Positions 1-7,223 of a stretch of DNA of 24,000 nt are shown piece after piece. Location: positions 32,348-56,347 of the forward strand of contig JAUNSK010000010.1 of assembly GCA_030539275.1 (NCBI GenBank), given 5' to 3'. Both the position numbers and the translations under genes were made by a program. This stretch comes from Oscillospiraceae bacterium (lineage in GTDB: Bacteria > Bacillota > Clostridia > Oscillospirales > Ruminococcaceae). Below the pieces are notes generated by a model that saw nothing but the letters and a program-made list of their open reading frames with translations, was not told the origin of the DNA and searched no databases. Each line of letters starts with the position of its first letter. Within the stretch, counting starts at the first letter, position 1.

Positions 1-1
1 A

Positions 2-427
2 AACAACAATGAGTTTAATATACCGCGTATTTTTGACTCAGGAACGGATTTAAATACAAATCTTGTTGACTCACAAATAATAGTTTCAACACCATCCGCT
101 TTAGATTTTTTATTGTATTGCACTTATCCAGATCGCATGACAATAACAGGCAATAGCTTTACTGCGAAGACAAACCACTTCGCAAAGACGTGGGGAAGCG
201 ACAGCGGCGGTTATCTTATCAACAACACGTTTAACCTGACAGGCGGCACAGGCAATTTAATAACAGCTTCGAACGGCGGAACATTTTACAGTAGAGAGCA
301 CAATATTTATAACACTAACATAAGTAGCTTTAATACATTAAGTGGCCTTGATGGGGCGTCATATGGACAATGTGTTAATCCTGATTATCTGCTAAGTATC
401 GGTTTCCCAGGAATAAAGGAGGTCTGA
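2..427 (+). CDS. Phage tail-region structural protein, C-terminal fragment (gene starts left of the window)
   Basis: The frame stays open from base 2 to the TGA at 425-427, and the listed 113-427 ORF only begins at an internal TTG. Short Gly/Asn/Thr-rich repeats (ITGNSF, INNTFNL, HNIYNT) resemble beta-helix type phage spike or tail decorations. The stop lies 4 nt before the next tail gene. Confidence 0.55.
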   Translation, partial: NNNEFNIPRIFDSGTDLNTNLVDSQIIVSTPSALDFLLYCTYPDRMTITGNSFTAKTNHFAKTWGSDSGGYLINNTFNLTGGTGNLITASNGGTFYSREHNIYNTNISSFNTLSGLDGASYGQCVNPDYLLSIGFPGIKEV

Positions 428-431
428 TGCT

Positions 432-1838
432 ATGTCAGATTGGTATTTAAAATCCGGACAAATGCCTTACAAAAAAAAGTGGCCGGTAATCGATGCAGCA
501 GCTGAACCTGCTAAGTACACAAGCGACAAGGCATTTTATATATCACGTATGTGGCATTTAAGAGACGGCATGATGCCTTATAAAACGTGCTGGCCGTATC
601 TATATAATTACTGTGATGCAGTCCACCAGTCTGATTACATATGCGTATATGACATGAGTACAGCACAAAACGATTTCAACAATAACGGCATTGCAATCTT
701 GACTCCGAGTAAATGTGAAATTACTGAAGTTCTCAACGCAGAATACGAACTTGTCCTTGAGCATCCGATAGATGCGATGGGAAAATGGAAAAAGCTCTTA
801 GAGTTGAATATTATCAAAGCCGGCGGTCAGCTATTCAGAATATACCGCAAGACAACAAATCTAAACGGTCGAACAGTATACGCACGTCACATTTTCTATG
901 ACATGTCAGACAAAATGATGGGTGGGCTAACGATTATAGGATATTCCGGCGACTATAACTGGATATCTGGGATTTGTAACGGAGCGTTTAATGATGATCC
1001 GCAAAATGCATATTGTGACTATGATTTCAGTTTTGATTCAGACATGCAATGTAATCTTGCCGGGCCTCAAATCACGGTTAAATATGACGGCATGTCAATG
1101 GTTGCAGCACTTGTGGGAGATGATCAAAGTTTCATTTCGCTTTTTGGTGGGGAGTTGTACAGAGATAACTTTTATTTCTCGATAAACGAGCACAAAGAAA
1201 ACTCAGTGGAAAACGCTTTTAACATCCGATACGGAGCTGACATGCTCGAAATCGAAGAGGAAATAGACTATACAGACTGGTGCACATATTTAATTTGTGA
1301 AGACAATTACGGACAATCATGGGCAGTCTCTTATGTTGCATTGCCACAGATCCCGCACAATGTAGTCAAAAAAATTAAGTTCAACTATGATCAGCCGAAC
1401 TTCGAACAGTTAAAAAGAGACGGACAAGCATACTTCCAGGAACATATGTATCCTAAAACAACGTATACAGTCGTGTATGCAAACCTTAAAAATGATCCTC
1501 GATACAAAGACTTCATTGACCTTCAACACTGCAATGTCGGAGACACTGGAACACTCTTTTGTGAAGAGTTAGGAATCGATACAATACAAAAGATAATAAA
1601 AAAGACCACAGATGTACTTACAGGAAGTACAACAAGCATAGAACTTGGAAACCTGCAAAGTACGCTTACACGTAAGGACAAGTGGTCGAACTTAACAGAA
1701 AGCAGCGCAGCAACAGAGGCGTTACAAAAGCAGCTGCACGAAGCAATAAAGAAATCGCTCGGAACACATAAGATGAACGGTAAATACACGCATAGAGAAT
1801 TGTCACAGTTCACGCACAAAGAACTGAAAGGAGTGTAA
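432..1838 (+). CDS. Phage tail endopeptidase / minor structural protein (Tal-like)
   Basis: ATG follows an AAGGAGG RBS. The segment ICVYD..NNGIAILTP..CEITEVLNAEYELVLEHPID..GKW..IIKAGGQLFRIY matches, from memory, the conserved N-terminal region of siphovirus prophage tail-endopeptidase / minor structural proteins. The gene sits directly before a tail-fibre gene. Confidence 0.7.
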   Translation: MSDWYLKSGQMPYKKKWPVIDAAAEPAKYTSDKAFYISRMWHLRDGMMPYKTCWPYLYNYCDAVHQSDYICVYDMSTAQNDFNNNGIAILTPSKCEITEVLNAEYELVLEHPIDAMGKWKKLLELNIIKAGGQLFRIYRKTTNLNGRTVYARHIFYDMSDKMMGGLTIIGYSGDYNWISGICNGAFNDDPQNAYCDYDFSFDSDMQCNLAGPQITVKYDGMSMVAALVGDDQSFISLFGGELYRDNFYFSINEHKENSVENAFNIRYGADMLEIEEEIDYTDWCTYLICEDNYGQSWAVSYVALPQIPHNVVKKIKFNYDQPNFEQLKRDGQAYFQEHMYPKTTYTVVYANLKNDPRYKDFIDLQHCNVGDTGTLFCEELGIDTIQKIIKKTTDVLTGSTTSIELGNLQSTLTRKDKWSNLTESSAATEALQKQLHEAIKKSLGTHKMNGKYTHRELSQFTHKELKGV

Positions 1839-1839
1839 C

Positions 1840-2916
1840 ATGGCGATAACATACACAGATAATTTCAATCTTAGTAAAGACGATGAAGATACACTATACA
1901 ACGTATCACGAGTAAATGACAATACAGATATGATTGACTCTCAGCTTGCAAGAGTAAGCATTAAAAAAAGTGTAGAAGGTACAAGCCTGACACTTGCAGA
2001 CTGTACAGGACCGGACGTCACAGCGACAAATAACGGTACGACAGCCGTGTCAGTTACTCTTACATACGGAAGTATAACACTTGCAGCTGTAACAATAGCT
2101 GCAGGAGAATCAAATACCTGGCAGATAAATTCTACAGATGCTGTAAATGTGAATATTACAGCAACAGGCACAGTAACAGTTGACTATTATGCACACAACA
2201 AAACATACATTGATGCAATTGCCAACATAAAGCAGGACGCAGAAACCGGCAAGGGGCTAAGTGCAAATGATCTAACAGATACACTTAAAAGCAATTATGA
2301 TGCTGCATACACACATAGCACAGCAGCATCCGGCAATCCACACAATGTAACTAAAAGTGACGTAGGGTTAAGCAACGTTGACAATACAGCCGATGCAGAC
2401 AAGCCTATATCAAGCGCAGCTCAGGTTGCACTTAGCGCAAGATATACTAAGACTGAGGCAGATAATAAATTCGCGAACCAGATTGGCAGTTTAGAGTTAA
2501 TTGAAGAGTTTACAATCAATGATTCTGACATTGCAGTAATCGAAAGATCAGCGGAGCCGGACGAAGGATCCACACCATATAATTTTAAATTTATCTATAT
2601 TACTTTAGATGCACCTCAAGGCAGTGCAAATGTAGCTGGAAACGGATATATCAACGGTGTTAAGTCAACATATGCCGCATCTATAATCGCAAATAATGCG
2701 GCTTATAACACAAGCATGGCTGCAAATTGCCTTTTAGGTTTTATGCAAGTCCAAGGTTGGAATGGAGCAAGTGCGGGGGGCAATGGCTATATAAGAATTA
2801 TAAAAGATGCTTTTGTGAACCTTGATTATACAAGCATTACAAGTTTCAAGTTCACACTTACAGGCGGAAATACATTCCCGACAGGTACATCCGTAAAAAT
2901 TTATGCAATCAAATAA
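1840..2916 (+). CDS. Phage tail fibre / receptor-binding protein
   Basis: Contains the recurrent phage-fibre motif GLSANDLT..K..YD.A..H....GNPHNVTKSDVGLSNVDNTADADKPIS.AAQ.AL. The start is tightly packed against the upstream gene (TAA at 1836-1838, ATG at 1840). The C-terminal half is divergent, as expected for a receptor-binding domain. Confidence 0.75.
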   Translation: MAITYTDNFNLSKDDEDTLYNVSRVNDNTDMIDSQLARVSIKKSVEGTSLTLADCTGPDVTATNNGTTAVSVTLTYGSITLAAVTIAAGESNTWQINSTDAVNVNITATGTVTVDYYAHNKTYIDAIANIKQDAETGKGLSANDLTDTLKSNYDAAYTHSTAASGNPHNVTKSDVGLSNVDNTADADKPISSAAQVALSARYTKTEADNKFANQIGSLELIEEFTINDSDIAVIERSAEPDEGSTPYNFKFIYITLDAPQGSANVAGNGYINGVKSTYAASIIANNAAYNTSMAANCLLGFMQVQGWNGASAGGNGYIRIIKDAFVNLDYTSITSFKFTLTGGNTFPTGTSVKIYAIK

Positions 2917-2932
2917 GGAAGAAGGTAATAAA

Positions 2933-3100
2933 ATGGCAAAAATAAATATCGATGGAGTAACGCGAGAAATGACATCTGCAGAGGTTGAAGCTATGGCGGC
3001 AGTAGAAACACCAGAGCCGACAACAGAGGAAGTACTTGTGCAGCAGTTGACAGACGTACAGCTTGCATTATGCGAAATTTTTGAAGCTATGGGAGGCTAA
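2933..3100 (+). CDS. Small phage protein, function unknown
   Basis: The internal ATG at 2933 (MAKINIDGV...) is preceded by GGAAGAAGG. The listed start at 2903 overlaps the fibre gene and has no RBS. It sits between the fibre and holin genes. Confidence 0.5.
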   Translation: MAKINIDGVTREMTSAEVEAMAAVETPEPTTEEVLVQQLTDVQLALCEIFEAMGG

Positions 3101-3105
3101 CTTTT

Positions 3106-3210
3106 ATGGTAAAAATCTATGTTGACTTAATCAAAAAAGGACTTAAAACAATCAATGATGTACCGGCAAGTATCCGCAAGGCAGTTGCCAAGGCACTCAA
3201 AGAAAACTAA
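3106..3210 (+). CDS. Tiny phage protein (34 aa), paralogue of 3233-3364
   Basis: Not in the ORF track (<60 aa). Hand translation gives MVKIYVDLIKKGLKTINDVPASIRKAVAKALKEN. It shares the pattern Y-x-x-L-I-x-K-G-x-K-T-x-x-x-V-P-x-x-I with the next ORF. I recall this pattern from tiny ORFs beside holins in clostridial prophages (possibly the CD1375-like family, name uncertain). Confidence 0.5.
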   Translation: MVKIYVDLIKKGLKTINDVPASIRKAVAKALKEN

Positions 3211-3232
3211 TATGAGAGGAGATGAAGAAGAT

Positions 3233-3364
3233 ATGGCAATGGTATATGCAGCACTTATTATCAAAGGCAAGAAAACATGGGCACAGGTACCTGACAGGAT
3301 CAAACCGGAAGTACGTCAGGCTTTAATTGATCTTGACTGTGAGTACTTAATTCCACAGGAGTAA
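3233..3364 (+). CDS. Tiny phage protein (43 aa), paralogue of 3106-3210
   Basis: ATG at 3233 follows GAGAGGAG. Product is MAMVYAALIIKGKKTWAQVPDRIKPEVRQALIDLDCEYLIPQE. The listed ORF start at 3155 would overlap the previous tiny gene in another frame. Confidence 0.5.
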   Translation: MAMVYAALIIKGKKTWAQVPDRIKPEVRQALIDLDCEYLIPQE

Positions 3365-3379
3365 AGTCTTGGGACATCG

Positions 3380-3850
3380 ATGTCCCGGAAAGGAAACTAT
3401 ATGAAAGAGAAAATGTTTTGCGGTTTTATCGGAGTAATAGGCGGTATAATTACACAGCTTTACGGCGGATGGTCGGATGCTATGACAACGCTCCTGATCT
3501 TCATGGCAATTGACTATGTCACAGGATTGATGGTCGCTGCTTGCGGCAAATCTCCGAAGTCAGCCAACGGCGGTCTGAGCAGTAAAGCCGGATTTCATGG
3601 GCTCTTTAAAAAATTTATCATCATGTTATTAATAATCGTAGCTTACAGGCTTGATCTTCTGATCGGGACTAATTACATAAGAGATGCCGCATGTATTGCA
3701 TTTATTTTAAACGAGACCATATCACTTATCGAAAATGCAAGTTACTTTGTTCCGAAAATGCCAGGAGTATTTCAGAAAGCAATAGACATATTAAGAAGTA
3801 AATCAGAAGACGATGAAGACTCGGGAGAGTCCGAAAACGTTCAGAAGTAA
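3380..3850 (+). CDS. Phage holin (holin_4 / LL-H-like family), two in-frame starts at 3380 and 3401
   Basis: A small membrane protein with predicted TM segments, the DYVTGLMVA...SSKAGFHGLFKK core typical of toxin-secretion/phage-lysis holins, and an acidic C-terminal tail. It lies immediately upstream of the endolysin. ATG 3401 has the better RBS (GGAAAGGAAA). Confidence 0.8.
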   Translation: MSRKGNYMKEKMFCGFIGVIGGIITQLYGGWSDAMTTLLIFMAIDYVTGLMVAACGKSPKSANGGLSSKAGFHGLFKKFIIMLLIIVAYRLDLLIGTNYIRDAACIAFILNETISLIENASYFVPKMPGVFQKAIDILRSKSEDDEDSGESENVQK

Positions 3851-3861
3851 GGAGAGATAGT

Positions 3862-4563
3862 ATGAACAGAATTGAACAGACAGCACTCGGTTACTTAGGA
3901 AAAGGCAAACAGGAAATCGTCAGCAGATTTCCAACCGATGAGTGGTGTGCAGCTACAGTATGCTGCATACTTACTGATCTTAACATCAATGTGTATAAGA
4001 GCATATCTTGTACGCAGATGGCGAACGCATGGGCAAACGAATCAAAAATGCAGCGTGTACAGCTTGATGATGTTGAAAGCGGTGACGTGTTATTCTTTGA
4101 TAAATTCGACAGCATAAACGGTGACTGTGATCATGTTGCAATTGTTGTCGAGTTCGATGGTGATGTTAAGTCGGGACTGTATTATGTGGACGGCAATGGC
4201 GGAAAAGATGGCAGGACAGAAGTTAAAAAGCATTACATGAGTTATACTCAGTTACAGACATATGCAGCAAGGATATTCCGATACATCGGTGATGTTCCTA
4301 CACAGCAACAGGAACAGCCTGTACAGCTGTCTGAAAAGTATGTAACAATTGATATCAATCAGATAGTGAAAGGTTCACAGACGAAAGCTGTCAACGCTCT
4401 GCAGGCTCTCTTAGTTGCGCACGGCTATTCAATCGGAGCATGGGGGATTGATGGTGACTTCGGAAGCGATACTCTGACAGCTGTCAAAGATTTTCAGCGT
4501 AATCATAATCTCGAAGCCGACGGAATCGTCGGTCCGCTCACTTGGGCGGCATTGCTTAAATAA
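3862..4563 (+). CDS. Endolysin: N-terminal CHAP/NlpC-P60-like peptidase plus C-terminal PG_binding_1 domain
   Basis: AAGGAGAG RBS. Candidate catalytic Cys (EWCAATVC) and His (CDHVAIVV). The C-terminus DGDFGSDTLTAVKDFQRNHNLEADGIVGPLTWAALL is a classic peptidoglycan-binding repeat. It follows the holin. Confidence 0.85.
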   Translation: MNRIEQTALGYLGKGKQEIVSRFPTDEWCAATVCCILTDLNINVYKSISCTQMANAWANESKMQRVQLDDVESGDVLFFDKFDSINGDCDHVAIVVEFDGDVKSGLYYVDGNGGKDGRTEVKKHYMSYTQLQTYAARIFRYIGDVPTQQQEQPVQLSEKYVTIDINQIVKGSQTKAVNALQALLVAHGYSIGAWGIDGDFGSDTLTAVKDFQRNHNLEADGIVGPLTWAALLK

Positions 4564-4567
4564 TTAC

Positions 4568-4604
4568 AAAATCCCTGATCAGTTAAGACCAGGGATTTTT
4601 TTTA
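4568..4604 (+). terminator. Intrinsic terminator of the lysis cassette
   Basis: aaatccctg / cagggattt stem followed by a T-run of about 8. Confidence 0.75.
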
Positions 4605-4636
4605 TAAATCTTAAAAAATTTTTTTTGAAAAAAGTA

Positions 4637-4665
4637 TTGACAAACTAGTACAAGTGTACTATAAT
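4637..4665 (+). promoter_or_regulatory. Consensus sigma-A type promoter
   Basis: TTGACA (4637-4642), a 17-bp spacer, then TATAAT (4660-4665). Both hexamers are perfect. Confidence 0.6.
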
Positions 4666-4741
4666 AAGATCATAGAGAAAACCACAAAACAAAAACTAAA
4701 AAATAAATGAAAGAGGTAATGATTATGAAAAAACATTTAAA

Positions 4742-4978
4742 ATGGTTGGACCAAACGGAACTATAACACTTGAGGAATACTTTGAAGATCTTTACAGCAG
4801 CTACATTGATAATGAATACGAAGATGCATCCGAATGGGAAGAATGGGTTGACTGCGACACTGATTTTAAATCTGCTGATTTGGACGAAGAGGGATGCTCA
4901 TCACCAGAGTTTAATGCAGAATATAAGAGATTGTACGAAGAGTACACAGCAAAGATTAATGCACACTACGCAGAATAA
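4742..4978 (+). CDS. Very acidic 78-aa protein, function unknown (prophage moron position)
   Basis: ORF downstream of the consensus promoter. By my count it has 23 Asp/Glu versus 4 Lys/Arg. ATG 4742 has a poor RBS, while a strong RBS serves an overlapping 15-codon ORF at 4719-4766 (see findings). Confidence 0.5.
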   Translation: MVGPNGTITLEEYFEDLYSSYIDNEYEDASEWEEWVDCDTDFKSADLDEEGCSSPEFNAEYKRLYEEYTAKINAHYAE

Positions 4979-4985
4979 TAAAACA

Positions 4986-5009
4986 GCCCGGAGCAATCCG
5001 GGCATTTTC
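4986..5009 (+). terminator. Hairpin / probable partial terminator
   Basis: gcccgg-agcaat-ccgggc followed by ATTTT. It lies directly before the RBS of the next gene. Confidence 0.5.
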
Positions 5010-5025
5010 GTGAAAGGATGATTAT

Positions 5026-5238
5026 ATGACTTTACAAGATCTAAGAAAATCTCACGACATGAGCCAGCAGCAGTTAGCTGATGCGTCAGGCGTAAATGTA
5101 ATGACTATACGAAAGTTAGAAAACGGTACAAGGCACATGACGAACTTTCAGACCATCCTGCCACTTGCCCGCGTTCTCGGTAAAGAGATCTTCATTCTTG
5201 CCGGCATGACTGAACAGGATTTTGAGATGTTTAAGTGA
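5026..5238 (+). CDS. XRE-family helix-turn-helix protein (70 aa)
   Basis: AAAGGA RBS. The segment MSQQQLADASGVNVMTIRKLENG is a typical HTH_3 motif. Confidence 0.75.
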   Translation: MTLQDLRKSHDMSQQQLADASGVNVMTIRKLENGTRHMTNFQTILPLARVLGKEIFILAGMTEQDFEMFK

Positions 5239-5241
5239 ATA

Positions 5242-5261
5242 TACTGTTCCTTTACTGTTCC
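5242..5261 (+). repeat. Tandem 9-mer TACTGTTCC x2 (spaced by TT), candidate integrase arm-type site
   Basis: The exact direct repeat was read at 5242-5250 and 5253-5261, about 100 bp on the phage side of the tRNA-fragment core. Confidence 0.45.
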
Positions 5262-5355
5262 ATTTCCTATAGTATTTTATATGGTAACTTAAGGTCTGCA
5301 TATATCCCATGTAACGTAAATATGCGGTTTCAAGCCGCTTGAATATTCTATTGTT

Positions 5356-5402
5356 CTCCCTTGGGGTGGTAGAGGCCGTGGGTTCAAGTCCCGTCACTCA
5401 GA
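5356..5402 (+). pseudogene. 3' fragment of a tRNA-Pro(GGG)-like gene (anticodon arm to discriminator), putative prophage attR core
   Basis: Hand fold: anticodon stem ctccc/ggtag (4 of 5 pairs), loop TTGGGGT (U33, anticodon GGG, G37), variable loop aggcc. T-arm is gtggg-TTCAAGT-cccgt, acceptor 3' strand is CACTCAG plus A73, and the implied C1:G72/A73 is typical of bacterial tRNA-Pro. No D-arm and no complementary CTGAGTG 5' acceptor strand occur upstream, so it is not a complete gene. Confidence 0.6.
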
Positions 5403-5457
5403 CTGCTTTTAAATCCCCATTTTACGCCGTTTGCGAGAAATCGTGAGCGGCGTTTTT
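5359..5457 (+). repeat. Direct repeat copy A (tRNA 3' part plus downstream terminator)
   Basis: Hand alignment with 7224-7324 gives about 84 of 99 positions identical plus one 2-nt indel. Confidence 0.8.
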
Positions 5458-5458
5458 G
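5424..5458 (+). terminator. Hairpin plus T-run inside repeat copy A (tRNA-type terminator)
   Basis: acgccg...cggcgt stem followed by TTTTT. Confidence 0.55.
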
Positions 5459-5672
5459 TTTGCGTATTAATAGTAACATTATGCCGATGTCTGCCTTATC
5501 TTCATTACATATTAATTAATATCCACAAAACACTTTGCAGCCTCCTTGGGAAATCAAATACTATGATGCCGTTCAGCCCACCGGCATTAACTGTTTGTGA
5601 CGCTCAATTGTTTAACGTTTTTTTTCATATCAGTCAAGCCCCATTGTCAGACTGCTTTTATCATCATTACAC

Positions 5673-5701
5673 TTGACAATCACAATTTAGTATGTTATTA
5701 T
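5673..5701 (+). promoter_or_regulatory. Candidate promoter of the TetR/ferredoxin pair
   Basis: TTGACA (5673-5678), a 17-bp spacer, then TATTAT (5696-5701), preceded by TGT (extended -10). Confidence 0.5.
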
Positions 5702-5748
5702 TGAATCGCATTCAAAAATTGAACGACATTCAGTTTAAGGAGCAGATC

Positions 5749-6333
5749 ATGAAGAAAAGCGAAAGAACAAAATCCATTATCATTTCGTCGGTAATAGAGC
5801 TTATTGAAGAAATCGGAACAACGGATATAACAATGAGCATGATTGCAAAAAAGGCGGATGTTGCTGTCGGATTGATAAATTATCACTATGAAAGCAAGCA
5901 GGCACTGATAATCGATGCCGTCCGATACTATGTAAGTGAGCACATAGCAAAAGAAAATGTTTTCGTTACCTATGAAAATATGTCACCATGGGAAACGCTG
6001 AAAAAGTCATTCACATCATATGCGGATTTTCTTGCCGAACATGCATTGCTTAGCAGACTTCATATTAAGTTTAGCATTGATGGCGAAATTGATGCGGATG
6101 CAGCACAGCAAGCGGTGAGTTACTATCTTCCGATAATTAAAAAAGTCAACAATAGTTTGTCTGATGAACAGATGATGACTGCTCTGCGTATGATCTCAAG
6201 TACGATTCAGATGTCATTTTTACAGGCAGATATGTCATCTGAAACTTTTGATTTTTTTGATAAAGAACAGCGGGATAAATTTATTGAACAGATGATCATG
6301 TTGGTAATCGGTGAGAAAGGCGGGAATAAGTGA
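5749..6333 (+). CDS. TetR/AcrR-family transcriptional regulator
   Basis: ATG 5749 follows an AAGGAG RBS. The N-terminal HTH is IISSVIELIEEIGTTDITMSMIAKKADVAVGLINYHYESKQALI. The listed start at 5692 has no RBS. Confidence 0.85.
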   Translation: MKKSERTKSIIISSVIELIEEIGTTDITMSMIAKKADVAVGLINYHYESKQALIIDAVRYYVSEHIAKENVFVTYENMSPWETLKKSFTSYADFLAEHALLSRLHIKFSIDGEIDADAAQQAVSYYLPIIKKVNNSLSDEQMMTALRMISSTIQMSFLQADMSSETFDFFDKEQRDKFIEQMIMLVIGEKGGNK

Positions 6334-7121
6334 TGAAAAATGTGATTTTCTATTTCAGTGGAACCGGCAACACTTACTGGGCTGCAAAAATGATTGCTGG
6401 AAACATCGGCAATTGTGAGCTTATCGACATTGCACGGTTTGATATATCACAGAAAATCAAAGCAGAACGTGTAGGCATATTCTACCCTGTCTACTACTGG
6501 GGTCTGCCGAACATAATCAAAAGATTTGCACAAAAGGCAGAAATTGAATCGCAGTACATATTCGATCTCCATACAATGGGCGGTTATGACGGTGTAGCAA
6601 CCAAACAACTTGACAAGCTGCTTCACGAACACAGTCTAAAGCTTTCAGCGTCATATAGATTGAAAATGCCTAACAATATCGCACTGATAAGCAAGAATAA
6701 TCTTATGACCGACGTTTACCGTGTTCCGGATGACAAGTCCATTAACCGTATGATCATAGCTGCCAGGAAGAAACTATCTGTTTTTTCAGATAAAATACTT
6801 GAAAAACAACCTCATAAAAACGTGGATCTATTTATCGCGTGGCATAAATACGGCTACCATCTGAACGAGCAGGAGAGTGCGAAATTTTCAAAAAAGGGTG
6901 AAATCTTTTCAGCAACACTTGAAGGTTCGTGTATCGGCTGCGGGAAGTGCAGTGCGGCATGTTCTGTTGACAATATTACAATGATCTCAGGCAAGCCTGT
7001 CTGGGGAGATAAGTGTGAATTCTGCCTGGCTTGTCTTCATGCCTGTCCGCAAAAGGCAATAAATTTCGGCTATAGCAAGGGAAAAAGACGATATACTTTC
7101 CCGGATACTAACGAAAAATGA
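6333..7121 (+). CDS. Flavodoxin-like plus 2x[4Fe-4S] ferredoxin-domain protein (EFR1-like)
   Basis: The N-terminus VIFYFSGTGNTYWAAK is a flavodoxin-like motif. The C-terminus has CIGCGKCSAAC and CEFCLACLHACP cluster motifs. The start overlaps the TetR stop (TGATG), which suggests translational coupling. Confidence 0.8.
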   Translation: MKNVIFYFSGTGNTYWAAKMIAGNIGNCELIDIARFDISQKIKAERVGIFYPVYYWGLPNIIKRFAQKAEIESQYIFDLHTMGGYDGVATKQLDKLLHEHSLKLSASYRLKMPNNIALISKNNLMTDVYRVPDDKSINRMIIAARKKLSVFSDKILEKQPHKNVDLFIAWHKYGYHLNEQESAKFSKKGEIFSATLEGSCIGCGKCSAACSVDNITMISGKPVWGDKCEFCLACLHACPQKAINFGYSKGKRRYTFPDTNEK

Positions 7122-7223
7122 ACATATACACAGTAACATCTGCTCTTAAGAGGTATCAGATTCATCTGCAAGCTGTTGACTGTAACGCTTCTGTTAAGAT
7201 CAAAAATTTCTATTTTTTTAATG

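Noticed and set aside
3155-3232. N-terminal part of the listed 69-aa ORF 3155-3364
   Set aside because: It overlaps the 3106-3210 tiny gene in another frame. A proper RBS precedes the internal ATG at 3233.
4770-5021. 83-aa alternative-frame ORF inside the acidic-protein gene
   Set aside because: It has no RBS, runs through the hairpin at 4986-5009, and has a composition typical of an off-frame read.
5116-5397. 93-aa minus-strand ORF
   Set aside because: It overlaps the XRE gene antisense and runs through the tRNA fragment. MTGLEPT... is the typical spurious translation of a T-arm.
5356-5402. Possible complete tRNA gene
   Set aside because: Only the anticodon arm, variable loop, T-arm and 3' acceptor strand can be folded. 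There is no D-arm and no complementary 5' acceptor strand (CTGAGTG) upstream, so I call it a fragment or att core rather than a functional tRNA.
5431-5676. Listed 81-aa ORF, and the similar 73-aa ORF at 7118-7339 that shares an REIVSG motif
   Set aside because: The shared peptide motif is simply the translation of the tRNA-terminator direct repeat. Neither ORF has an RBS, and both cross hairpin/terminator sequence.
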